Assembly: GCA_019636215.1 (NCBI GenBank)
Contig: JAHBXZ010000005.1
Coordinates: forward strand, 73,514 to 97,513
Direction: 5' to 3'
Source of the DNA: Planctomycetota bacterium
GTDB taxonomy: Bacteria; Planctomycetota; UBA8742; UBA2392
DNA: 24,000 bases
A model generated the notes under the pieces. The model had not been told where the DNA came from. It saw only the letters and a program-made list of their open reading frames with translations, and searched no databases. The translations under genes and the position numbers were made by a program. Below, piece by piece: positions 1 through 8,282 of this stretch; positions within the stretch are counted from its first letter, which is position 1, and every line of letters starts with the position of its first letter.

Positions 1-1
1 C

Positions 2-718
2 GTGCGCTTTGGCGCCACCACCCCGCGCGAGGACGCCCGCAGCCTTTCCCCCGCGGCCCAGGACGCCACCACCGGTGTGCTCTCCTGGGCGGGCACCGGG
101 CTGGCGGGTCTGTTCACCCTGCTGCTGTGGATGCTGCTGATCCCGATCTACAGCTGGTACTTCATGGTCGGCTATGACGGCGTGGTGGCCAAGGCCCGGC
201 AGTACCTGCCCGGCGCGCATCGCGAACGGATCGAGCGCATCGCCCGCGAGATTGACGGCATGCTGCGCGCGTTTTTCCGCGGGCGCATCATCGTGGTGCT
301 GATCATCGGCACCATGACAACGGTGATGTACCTGATCTTTGGCGTGAAGTACGCCGTGCTGCTGGGCATGATGGCCGGGCTGGGCGTGCTGATGCCCTAT
401 GCCAGCATCATTGTCAGCTGGATTCCCGCGTTGATCCTGATGGGCATTGCCGGCGATTCCGTCGGTGCGATTGTCGGCATGAGCATTGCCTTTCATGCCA
501 TCCAGGCCATCGAGCAATACGTGCTTACCCCCAAGCTGCTGGGCGACGCCGTGGAGCTGCACCCCGTCACGCTGCTGGTCGGCGTGTTTGTGATGGCCAG
601 CCTGTTCGGGCTGTTCGGGGCACTGCTGGCCGTCCCGCTGACGGCCATTGCCAAGACCCTGGGACGCGAATTTCTGTTGCCCTACTTCAAGAGCCTGGCT
701 GCCGAGAAACCGGGGTAA
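2..718 (+). CDS. AI-2E family transporter (PerM/YdiK-like, UPF0118), 5'-truncated by window edge
   Basis: Open to the window start. Multiple hydrophobic TM segments and the family-typical C-terminal block 'AFHAIQAIEQYVLTPKLLGDAVELHPVTLLVGV...GALLAVPL'. TAA stop at 716-718. Confidence 0.85.
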   Translation: MRFGATTPREDARSLSPAAQDATTGVLSWAGTGLAGLFTLLLWMLLIPIYSWYFMVGYDGVVAKARQYLPGAHRERIERIAREIDGMLRAFFRGRIIVVLIIGTMTTVMYLIFGVKYAVLLGMMAGLGVLMPYASIIVSWIPALILMGIAGDSVGAIVGMSIAFHAIQAIEQYVLTPKLLGDAVELHPVTLLVGVFVMASLFGLFGALLAVPLTAIAKTLGREFLLPYFKSLAAEKPG

Positions 719-741
719 AGAGTGATGCACCAACCCGCGTT

Positions 742-862
742 GAACCACGAATCGACACCAATCTTCGCAAATCAACAGCCATAGACTCGCAGCTCCGCTC
801 GCTGGGTGTCCCCTTCAGGCCAGGATTTTTGATTCGTGCCGATCCGTGAAGATTCGTGGTTC
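742..862. promoter_or_regulatory. Repeat cluster upstream of the NUDIX gene: three 10-bp-phased direct repeats GATYCGTG plus a distal 12-bp inverted partner
   Basis: Direct repeats are gattcgtgcc (831), gatccgtgaa (841) and gattcgtggt (851). gaaccacgaatc (742-753) is the exact reverse complement of gattcgtggttc (851-862). The cluster lies in the 187-bp intergenic gap before the ATG at 906. Confidence 0.35.
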
Positions 863-905
863 CATGCAGTTGCAGTTCAACCCGGAATTCAAAGTCTAAA
901 GTCCA

Positions 906-1400
906 ATGCCACCCGCCCACAAAGACGAAGTGCCCGGTGCCATCCGCGTGGCCGCGCGCGCTCTCATCATTGAGGAAGGCCGTCTTCTGGTCATGACCAT
1001 GCGCGACGCCACCGGTGAATGGTGCGTTACTCCGGGCGGGGGTGTGCATCGGGGCGAGACACTGGGCCGGGGCCTGCGCCGCGAGGTACACGAGGAGATC
1101 GGCATAGAGGTCACGCCCGACGACATCGTGTATGTGCGCGAACTGATCGGCAGCAGCGCAAAGGTACGTTACGGCGGACTCCAGGCCGATACCCACCAGC
1201 TGGAGATCTTCTTTCACTGCAAACGGCGCGGCGAAGTGCGCATGGGCGCAACCCCGGACAGCCACTGCACTGGCTTTGCCTGGGTGCCGCTGAAGGAACT
1301 CAAACAGCGCAACTTCTTCCCGGAGGCGCTGGCGGAGCGCCTGGCCCGGGATGTGCACACCGGCTTCATGCCTCACGGCAACTACCTGGGCGACGCCTAG
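906..1400 (+). CDS. NUDIX hydrolase
   Basis: Complete Nudix box GX5EX7REUXEEXGU, read as 'GGVHRGETLGRGLRREVHEEIGI'. 164 aa, a typical size. Confidence 0.85.
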   Translation: MPPAHKDEVPGAIRVAARALIIEEGRLLVMTMRDATGEWCVTPGGGVHRGETLGRGLRREVHEEIGIEVTPDDIVYVRELIGSSAKVRYGGLQADTHQLEIFFHCKRRGEVRMGATPDSHCTGFAWVPLKELKQRNFFPEALAERLARDVHTGFMPHGNYLGDA

Positions 1401-1428
1401 AACGGGCCCGCGCGGGCAGGAACAGAAC

Positions 1429-2166
1429 ATGCTGCGTGCCGCGCTGGACATCCTGCTTCCGCGCCACTGCCCGGTTTCGCGCCGGCCGCTGCTGGCCGAT
1501 GAGCCCGGCCCCGTGGCACCCGAGGTGTTGCGCGCCATGGCCGTCTGTGGCCCGGACTATTGCTCGCGCTGCGGCGCACCGCAGGGGCCCGGCGTCGGCG
1601 TGGTGGCCGCCTGCGACAGTTGCCGCGCCGCCAGGGACGGCTTTGGCACCACAGAGATCACCGCCGTCGGACGCTACACCGAACCCATGCGCAGCATGTG
1701 CAAGGCCATGAAGTTCGGCAACGCACGCGACATTGCCCGGCCGCTGGCAGCGTACCTGACACAGTTGCTGATGGACCGCGGCGTGGCACAGCAGGTGGAC
1801 GTGGTTGTCCCCATGCCGCTGCATGTGCTGCGACGTTTTGAACGCGGCTACAACCAGGCAGAGCTGCTGGCAGCGCCGATTGCCCGGGCACTGGCCAAGC
1901 CCCTGCTGGCCAACGCCATGCGGCGAACCCGCGGCACCGAGCGCCAGGCCCGGCTCTCACCGCTGGAACGCCGACGCAACGTGGATGGCGTTTTTGTTGT
2001 GCGCCCTGCGTTTGTCGGCACCATCGCCGAAACCAGCGTACTTTTGGTGGACGACGTGATGACCACCGGCAGCACGTTTGCGGCCGCAGCCCAGGCACTG
2101 AAGACCGCAGGAGCCAAGGCCGTGTACGGGGCAATCGCAGCCCGGGCCGCGCTGGATGATGAGTAG
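1429..2166 (+). CDS. comF: ComF family protein (phosphoribosyltransferase domain)
   Basis: N-terminal Cys clusters (CP...CSRC...CDSC) and the C-terminal PRPP-binding motif 'VLLVDDVMTTGSTF'. The ATG at 1429 is preceded by AGGA. The longer ORF start at 1351 overlaps the NUDIX gene and is rejected. Confidence 0.8.
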   Translation: MLRAALDILLPRHCPVSRRPLLADEPGPVAPEVLRAMAVCGPDYCSRCGAPQGPGVGVVAACDSCRAARDGFGTTEITAVGRYTEPMRSMCKAMKFGNARDIARPLAAYLTQLLMDRGVAQQVDVVVPMPLHVLRRFERGYNQAELLAAPIARALAKPLLANAMRRTRGTERQARLSPLERRRNVDGVFVVRPAFVGTIAETSVLLVDDVMTTGSTFAAAAQALKTAGAKAVYGAIAARAALDDE

Positions 2167-2340
2167 CAGACGGGGGCTCGGGAATCGGGGTTCGGTCATC
2201 CCCCGCACCCCGCACTTCGCATCCGGTGCTTCGCACCTCACCGTCTGCCCCGCACTTTTCCGCGTGAGAATCCGCGACCACCTCGCACTATCCCTGAACC
2301 CATGCGCCGGGCATTCCGGCGTTTGACCACGGAGAAACGT

Positions 2341-4056
2341 ATGAAGCGCGCATTCCGCAGCCTTTTTGTCCTGGCACTGCTTGCCTGCCTGCTGGCGCCG
2401 GCCACCCTGACAAACGCCCAGGAGAAGCCGGCCGAACCAAAGGCTGAACCAAAGGCCGAGACCAAGAAAGACCCCAACCAGGTGACCTTCGACTTTGAGT
2501 TCGAAGGCCTGATGTTTGTCCAGACCAAGGTCAACGGCAAAGGCCCCTACAAGTTCCTGTTCGACAGCGGCGCCACGCAGTCCGTGCTGAACGCGCGCCT
2601 GGCCCGCGAACTTGAGCTCAAGCTGCACGACAGCCCGGGCGGTGTGCAGGGCGTGGGCGAGGCCAAAGACGTGAAGATGGTTGTTCTCGACAGCATGGAC
2701 ATCGGCGGCTTTGCCAAGGGCAAGACGGTCGCCGCCAGCATGGATCTGGACCACATGTCCGGCACCATGGGCTATCACATGATGGGCATCATCGGCCAGA
2801 ACGTGATCAAGCTGATGAAGAAGATCGAGATTGACTTCTCAACCAGCAAGATCACCGCCACCAAGTGGGGCGACCGCGAAGCCGGCAAGCCTCAGGACCA
2901 GGACGAAATGCTCGCCCGCATGCTTGAGGGCGGCGGTATGGGCGGAATCCCCGGCATGCCACGCCTGCCCGGCATGCCCGGCGGCCCCGACGACGACGAG
3001 AAAGACCCGGGCAAGGACGACGACTTCAGTTTTGCCCCGGCCATGGGTGCCTACCTGATGCCCGGCACCCGCACCAGCGGCGCGCAGTTCTTCCAGGACG
3101 AGCGCAAGACCGAAGCCGCCCCGGCCCAGGTCACCGAAGGCATGACACTGGACTACACCACCGTCAGCGTGCCGATGCTGGGCGACCTGGTTCCGTACTG
3201 GTACGTCACCGGCACCATCAACGGCCAGGAACGCACATTCATGTTCGACACCGGCGCCTCAATGCTGCTGGCGCTGGGCACGGAAATGTCCACCGAAATG
3301 AAGCTGCCCACCAGCTTCAGCTACCCTGTCAAGGGCATCGGCAAGGGCGAAGCCAAGTCCGGCATGGTGGACAGCATCAAGTTCGGCAACCTGACTGTCA
3401 CCGACACCCCGGCCACCATCATGGACCTGCCCAAGATGAGCGACCAGATGCCGGATATGATCAAGCAGCTGCTGCCCATGCTGGGCAACCGCATCAAGCT
3501 GGATTTCGACGGCATCGTGGGCGTCACCCTGGCCACGCGCTACAAGAAGATGATCGTCAACTCCAAGGCCAAGGACATTGAGTTCGTCCCCTACGCCAAG
3601 GGCGAAGTCAACAAGCTCAACCCCTCCCGCGGCGAGGAATACATGCGCGACGCCGTCGTCCGCACCTGGAACGGCAAGGCCGGCAAGATCGGCCTGAACG
3701 GCGACAGCGTGAAGCTTGACGACTGGGCCGCCCACGGCCTGAAGTCCGGCGGGCTGATGGTCGAAAGCGTCGAAGCCGACGGCCCCGCCGCCAAGGCCGG
3801 CATTGCCAAGGGCGACATCATCACGCACCTGGTGGGCGAAGCCGACCTGCCTGAAATGGAAGACACCAAGGCCGAAGATGGCGACACCGAAATCCGCGAC
3901 ATGCCCGGCCTGATCATCTGGGGCTGCATGAAGGACCCCGGCTATGAGGCCACCCTGCGCATCAAGCGCGGCGACAAGGTGATGGACGTGAAAGTGAAGC
4001 TTGGCGACTACGGCTTCAAGGGCGAGTTCCCGGAACGCTTCAAGCAGAAGAAGTAG
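2341..4056 (+). CDS. Secreted protein with two retropepsin-like aspartyl-protease domains and a C-terminal PDZ domain
   Basis: Signal peptide 'MKRAFRSLFVLALLACLLAPATLTNAQ' with GGAG 7 nt upstream of the ATG at 2341. Two clan-AA catalytic motifs: 'FLFDSGATQSVL' (DSG codons 2563-2571) and 'FMFDTGASMLLAL' (DTG codons 3247-3255). A Gly/Pro/Met-rich acidic linker separates them. PDZ-like 'GLMVESVEADGPAAKAGIAKGDIITHLVG' near the C-terminus. Confidence 0.75.
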   Translation: MKRAFRSLFVLALLACLLAPATLTNAQEKPAEPKAEPKAETKKDPNQVTFDFEFEGLMFVQTKVNGKGPYKFLFDSGATQSVLNARLARELELKLHDSPGGVQGVGEAKDVKMVVLDSMDIGGFAKGKTVAASMDLDHMSGTMGYHMMGIIGQNVIKLMKKIEIDFSTSKITATKWGDREAGKPQDQDEMLARMLEGGGMGGIPGMPRLPGMPGGPDDDEKDPGKDDDFSFAPAMGAYLMPGTRTSGAQFFQDERKTEAAPAQVTEGMTLDYTTVSVPMLGDLVPYWYVTGTINGQERTFMFDTGASMLLALGTEMSTEMKLPTSFSYPVKGIGKGEAKSGMVDSIKFGNLTVTDTPATIMDLPKMSDQMPDMIKQLLPMLGNRIKLDFDGIVGVTLATRYKKMIVNSKAKDIEFVPYAKGEVNKLNPSRGEEYMRDAVVRTWNGKAGKIGLNGDSVKLDDWAAHGLKSGGLMVESVEADGPAAKAGIAKGDIITHLVGEADLPEMEDTKAEDGDTEIRDMPGLIIWGCMKDPGYEATLRIKRGDKVMDVKVKLGDYGFKGEFPERFKQKK

Positions 4057-4078
4057 CCCGGCAGTCCGCGAGACAACC

Positions 4079-4114
4079 CTGGGGCGCCAATCGGCGCCCC
4101 AGTTCTTGTTTTCG
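4079..4114 (+). terminator. Rho-independent terminator after the protease gene
   Basis: Perfect 10-bp stem ctggggcgcc (4079-4088) / ggcgccccag (4093-4102), loop aatc, followed by ttcttgttttcg. Confidence 0.7.
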
Positions 4115-4244
4115 CTACGACATCAGGGAAGGAACAGCCTTCTACTTTCGTTTCACCTTCACTTGACGATTACTGAGCATACAGTTAGGACCATGCACTA
4201 AATGACCAAGCACAAGTAACTTTGTTTGTGATCGGGCGCACAAT

Positions 4245-6521
4245 TTGCTAGTTTGTCGCCAGATGGAGTTCCCAGCCAGACGTCCTGATCCTGCCGAGGC
4301 CCCCAACCCAACCATGAATGCAATGACCCAATCTGCGGCGATTCCTCTTATCGGCACACACCGCAACCTGCGGGCGCTGGTTGATTACAGCGCCGGTTTT
4401 GCCCGCCAGGCCAAGGCTTCCGGCCAGCGCCTTCTGTGGGCGCCGGCCCACGCGCTTGGTGGTTGTGTCAGTCTGCGCACATGGATTCTCGACCAGGCCG
4501 TGCAGGCACTGGGTGAAAACGCCCCCGAGGAAACTTCGCTGCTGCTGTCCGGCGCGGCCGATGCGATTGTCATTATCGACCCGGCCTCGGCCGATGCGGC
4601 CAGCCTGCACTGGTTGACGGATCTGTTGTCGTGCTCGCAGGAAGTCGCTGACTTGGCGGCCATCCCGCCGCTGCCCCAACTGATTGTACTGGCAACCAGT
4701 CGCAGCACAGGCGAGCCTGCGGTTGCCCAGTTCCTGGAAAAGCTGGAATCGCTGGGCGCCGAAGATATCCGCATCGCCGGCACAGAGTCCGGCAACGGCG
4801 ACATCAGGCGGCTGCTGGATCGCAATGACGACCTGCTTGCGGCCGTTGCACTGGCACCTGTGCCACTGACACTGGAAGACCTCAACGCCGTGGCCAGGGC
4901 CAGCGGCAAGAACACACTGCCGGTCAGCGACCTGCTGGATGCCGGGCTGCTGCAGGTGATCGGCGACCTGGTGGTGCCCGCCGCCACCGACGCGCGCAAG
5001 ACCCTGCGCGAGGCCCTGAGCCCCGAATCGCTTTCCCGCGGCGCGGCCTTGCTGCTGCCGATTGTGGAAGCCCGCCACGAATCGCTGCCTGATGCGCGAG
5101 TAGAGCTTGCACTGCGCAGCGGCGACGGCCGGCGCGCGGCCAAGCTTGCCCGTCGCCGCTACGACGAGCACGTCAATGCCAACCGCCTGGAAGAAGCCAT
5201 GCGCCTGCTGGAGCTCGGGCGCGAGTTGCAGTTCCCGATTGAAGGCGGCAAGTACGCCGCGGAAATCGACGAGGCCCGCATTGCCTGGCTGGCGGCACAG
5301 ACCGGCCAGTTCGAGAAGGCCCGCAGTATCGTCACTCGCCTGGCCAAGAACCGCGGTGCCTACGGGCAAAGCGAGTTTGTCCAGCACGTGGCACTTGCCG
5401 GGCGCGAGCTTGCCCTGAAGGGCCAGTATGACGTGCGACTCGCCGACAGCCTGCTGCGCCGCGCGATCCGCCTGGTGGAAGGCGACCTGGATGCCCACGT
5501 TCGCCTGACGCTGCTGCGAGTGGAACTGCTGGCATCGGATGTAATGAAGCTTGAGGAACGTTCCGGCTGGCTGCTGAACCACATCAACGGCGAGATCCTG
5601 GACGAACTTTCGCCGGCCACGCTGGCGCAGTTCCTGCAGGATACCGCACTGCGCATGTGGCAGCGCGACGACGTTCGCGGCGCCATGCGCCGCCTGCGCA
5701 AACTGCTGGTCATGGAACTGGGCGACCGCCGCAAGTCCCGCGCCATGCTGTTGATGGCGCGCTGTCGCCTGTATGTCGAAGACCGCGATGCCTCCGCCAG
5801 GTTCGCCCAGGGCGCGTTGAACCACGCGCTGCGCGCGGCCGACCTAGCGCTGGTGAAGCAGTCGGCGGCGTTTGTCCGTCAACTGCAGCAGCACCAGCCC
5901 CGTGAACTGCCGCCGATTGCGGCGCCGGGCAAGGGCGCCAAGGCGTTCCCGCGCATTCCGGCCATGGCCCAGGTGCAGACCGCGCCGGTTGCGGATGTCA
6001 GCAACGTCTTTGATGTGCTTCAGGCGCGCTTTGGCGTGACCGGCTGGGTGCGGCGCCGCGGCAGTGAAGTGCAGACCCACGGCAAGCCCGGCAACCCATC
6101 CACCGCGGTGTGGGCCTACCAGGAAACTGACGGCCGGCCGGCCCGCGTGGCGGGTTCCGGCGAATCGCCCGGCGCCGTGGCGCTGGCGCGCCAGGAAGGC
6201 AGCGACATTGTGTTCCTGCAGGCCGGTGCTGATTTTGAATCGCGCGCCGATTCCCTGCTGCAGCTGCTGCTTTCCGATCGCGATGAAAACCGCCCGGCCG
6301 GCCCGTTGCGCCGCGCCGACGTGATTGCCGACTACTATCGCCGCGCGCTGGACCACGGCACAGAAAACGGCCTGCACACCACCATGGAAATGCTGTTCAA
6401 CAAGGATGTGCTGATCTACTTCGAGGAACAGGGCATCGGCAAAGACGAAATGGCGCGCAAGCTCGATGTTTCGCGTGCCACCCTGTACCGCATGTACGCG
6501 CGATCCGGCCTGAACATCTAA
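4245..6521 (+). CDS. Large cytoplasmic regulator with a C-terminal Fis/NtrC-type HTH, helical-repeat middle and a degenerate sigma54-activator-like N-terminal region
   Basis: C-terminus 'GKDEMARKLDVSRATLYRMYARSGL' is a typical HTH_8 motif. The N-terminus 'PLIGTHRNLRALVDYSAGFARQA...' resembles the LIGxSxxM entry of bEBP AAA+ modules. No Walker A, GAFTGA or ESELFGH motif is visible. The start is uncertain (ATGs at 4245, 4263, 4314, 4323; no clear SD). Confidence 0.6.
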   Translation: MLVCRQMEFPARRPDPAEAPNPTMNAMTQSAAIPLIGTHRNLRALVDYSAGFARQAKASGQRLLWAPAHALGGCVSLRTWILDQAVQALGENAPEETSLLLSGAADAIVIIDPASADAASLHWLTDLLSCSQEVADLAAIPPLPQLIVLATSRSTGEPAVAQFLEKLESLGAEDIRIAGTESGNGDIRRLLDRNDDLLAAVALAPVPLTLEDLNAVARASGKNTLPVSDLLDAGLLQVIGDLVVPAATDARKTLREALSPESLSRGAALLLPIVEARHESLPDARVELALRSGDGRRAAKLARRRYDEHVNANRLEEAMRLLELGRELQFPIEGGKYAAEIDEARIAWLAAQTGQFEKARSIVTRLAKNRGAYGQSEFVQHVALAGRELALKGQYDVRLADSLLRRAIRLVEGDLDAHVRLTLLRVELLASDVMKLEERSGWLLNHINGEILDELSPATLAQFLQDTALRMWQRDDVRGAMRRLRKLLVMELGDRRKSRAMLLMARCRLYVEDRDASARFAQGALNHALRAADLALVKQSAAFVRQLQQHQPRELPPIAAPGKGAKAFPRIPAMAQVQTAPVADVSNVFDVLQARFGVTGWVRRRGSEVQTHGKPGNPSTAVWAYQETDGRPARVAGSGESPGAVALARQEGSDIVFLQAGADFESRADSLLQLLLSDRDENRPAGPLRRADVIADYYRRALDHGTENGLHTTMEMLFNKDVLIYFEEQGIGKDEMARKLDVSRATLYRMYARSGLNI

Positions 6522-6623
6522 ACACAGGCCGGTTGCCGCCCTACTTCCATCCGGTGCCTGCGCTGCTATCCTTCGCGCCCTCACGGGCACGAAGTGGGCG
6601 CGTTTGGGCGCCCGGAGGCTTCC

Positions 6624-6902
6624 ATGGCAAACCTGATCCGCATTCCCACTCCTCTGCGCAACCTGACCAAGAACGAGGCCGAGGTCAACGTCGAGGCCGG
6701 CACCGTCGGCGCGGCCCTTGAGGCGCTTGAAAAGAAACACGGCGGCATCAAGGCCCGCATCTGCGACGAAAACGGCAACGTGCGCCGCTTTGTCAACGTC
6801 TACGTCAACGACGAAGACATCCGCTTCATGCAGAACCTCGAAACACCGCTGAAGCCGGGCGATTCCATCTCGATTGTTCCCGCCATCGCCGGCGGCTGCT
6901 AG
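6624..6902 (+). CDS. CysO/MoaD/ThiS-family ubiquitin-like sulfur-carrier protein ending ...AGG-C
   Basis: GGAGG lies 6 nt upstream of the ATG at 6624. 'RFVNVYVNDEDIRF...GDSISIVPAIAGG' closely matches the CysO-type pattern (FVNIYVNDEDVRF...GDSVTILPAVAGG). A single Cys codon (6897-6899) follows the GG before TAG. Confidence 0.8.
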   Translation: MANLIRIPTPLRNLTKNEAEVNVEAGTVGAALEALEKKHGGIKARICDENGNVRRFVNVYVNDEDIRFMQNLETPLKPGDSISIVPAIAGGC

Positions 6903-6911
6903 GACGCGGCC

Positions 6912-8282
6912 ATGACTGACCCCGATGGCAAGCGCGTGATCCGCGTCGGCATGCTGGGTTGCGGCGTTGTCGGCGCAGGCCTGGCCAAGCTGATTGCCAA
7001 GCACAGGCCGGACTTTCACCGCAACGGTTTTGACCTGCGCCTGACCCGCGTGGCCGTTCGCGACCTTGCCAAGAAACGCGACTGCGACCTTGGCGGCGTC
7101 AGCGTCACAACCGACGTACGCGCCGTGGCTGACGCCCCGGATATTGACCTGCTGGTCGAAGTCATGGGCGGAACCGGCCTTGCCGTGGATGCCGGCTGCG
7201 CGGCACTGGCGCGCGGCGTTCCGCTGGTCAGCGCCAACAAGGCCGGGCTGGCGCGATCACTGCCCCGGTACATCGAGGCCGGCGCCCAGGGCAAGGCCGC
7301 CATCGGCCTGGAATCCGCCGCAGCGGCGCACATCCCGATTATCGAAACGCTGGAACGCAGCCTGGCCTGCGAAGAAATCAGCCTGATCAAGGGCGTGATC
7401 AACGGCAGCACGAATTACATCCTTACGTTCATGGAACGCGCCGGCTGTGAGTACCCGGCCGCGCTGGCCGATGCCGCCGCCAAGGGCTTCACGGAGGCCG
7501 ATCCCCGCCTTGACGTGGAGGGCATCGACGCCGCCGAAAAGCTGACGCTGCTGGCCTTCAAGGCCTTTGGCGCCTACGTGCCGCCGGACCGCATCCACAC
7601 CGAAGGCATCACGCGCATCACCCAGGCCGACATCCGGCTGGCCCAGGGGCTGGATCACCGCATCAAGCTGGTGGCCGCGGCGCGACGCACGCCGCAGGGG
7701 CTGAACCTGCGGGTTCACCCCGCGCTGATCCACCGCGGCGAGCTTCTGGCCGATGTGGACAGCGAGTTCAACGCCATCATCCTGGAAGGCCCGTCCTTCA
7801 ACCAGTTGACGTTCCTGGGCAAGGGCGCCGGCCAGTTGCCGACGGCCAGCGCGGTGCTGAACGACATCGTCCGCATTGTGCGCTTCCCGGCGGCAGGCAG
7901 CCTGCCCGGCTTCCTGCGGGCCGGTGCCGACAACACCCAGGCGGCGCGGGGCGGCAGCCTGGCGCTGTGTTACTTCGTGCGCATGGGCGTGGCCCAGGGC
8001 GCTGACCGCCAGGTGCTGGCGGGGCTGGGCGGACTGGGGCTGCCGGTGCTGGCACATTCTGCGGTGGACCAATCGGGCCGGCGATTCCTTGGTGTAATCA
8101 CGGACATTGTTGAAGAAAGTCGTATCCTTTCGCTGCTTCCGGAGATCGGGCGGCTGCCGGGGGTGGCAGAGGCGCCCGTCTTTATCCGGCTGGATAAGGA
8201 CAACTATCGTGACATCGTCGATCGCGAACAAAGTGCGTATTTCGGTACCAGCCTCCAGCGCCAACCTGGGCCCGGGGTTTGA
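6912..8282 (+). CDS. hom: Homoserine dehydrogenase
   Basis: N-terminal Rossmann motif 'IRVGMLGCGVVGAGL', catalytic-domain blocks 'VSANKAGLA' and 'GVINGSTNYIL...EADPRLDVEGIDAAEKL', and a C-terminal ACT-like region. Genomic context with thrB. Confidence 0.9.
   Translation: MTDPDGKRVIRVGMLGCGVVGAGLAKLIAKHRPDFHRNGFDLRLTRVAVRDLAKKRDCDLGGVSVTTDVRAVADAPDIDLLVEVMGGTGLAVDAGCAALARGVPLVSANKAGLARSLPRYIEAGAQGKAAIGLESAAAAHIPIIETLERSLACEEISLIKGVINGSTNYILTFMERAGCEYPAALADAAAKGFTEADPRLDVEGIDAAEKLTLLAFKAFGAYVPPDRIHTEGITRITQADIRLAQGLDHRIKLVAAARRTPQGLNLRVHPALIHRGELLADVDSEFNAIILEGPSFNQLTFLGKGAGQLPTASAVLNDIVRIVRFPAAGSLPGFLRAGADNTQAARGGSLALCYFVRMGVAQGADRQVLAGLGGLGLPVLAHSAVDQSGRRFLGVITDIVEESRILSLLPEIGRLPGVAEAPVFIRLDKDNYRDIVDREQSAYFGTSLQRQPGPGV

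Noticed and set aside
4162-4190. Possible sigma70 promoter TTGACG-N17-TAGGAC in the AT-rich leader upstream of the regulator gene.
   Set aside because: The -10 hexamer matches only 3/6 positions and the organism's promoter consensus is unknown. It is too weak to list as a feature.
4248-5825. 525-aa minus-strand ORF antisense to the regulator gene. Similar long antisense ORFs occur at 5844..7019(-), 7257..8363(-), 8182..9828(-), 10486..11697(+), 14277..15488(-), 15221..16414(+), 16658..17764(+) and 18907..21654(+).
   Set aside because: These are shadow ORFs typical of high-GC DNA. Their translations are Arg/Ala/Gly/Gln-rich low-complexity strings with no motifs. Each lies fully opposite a gene with clear family signatures.
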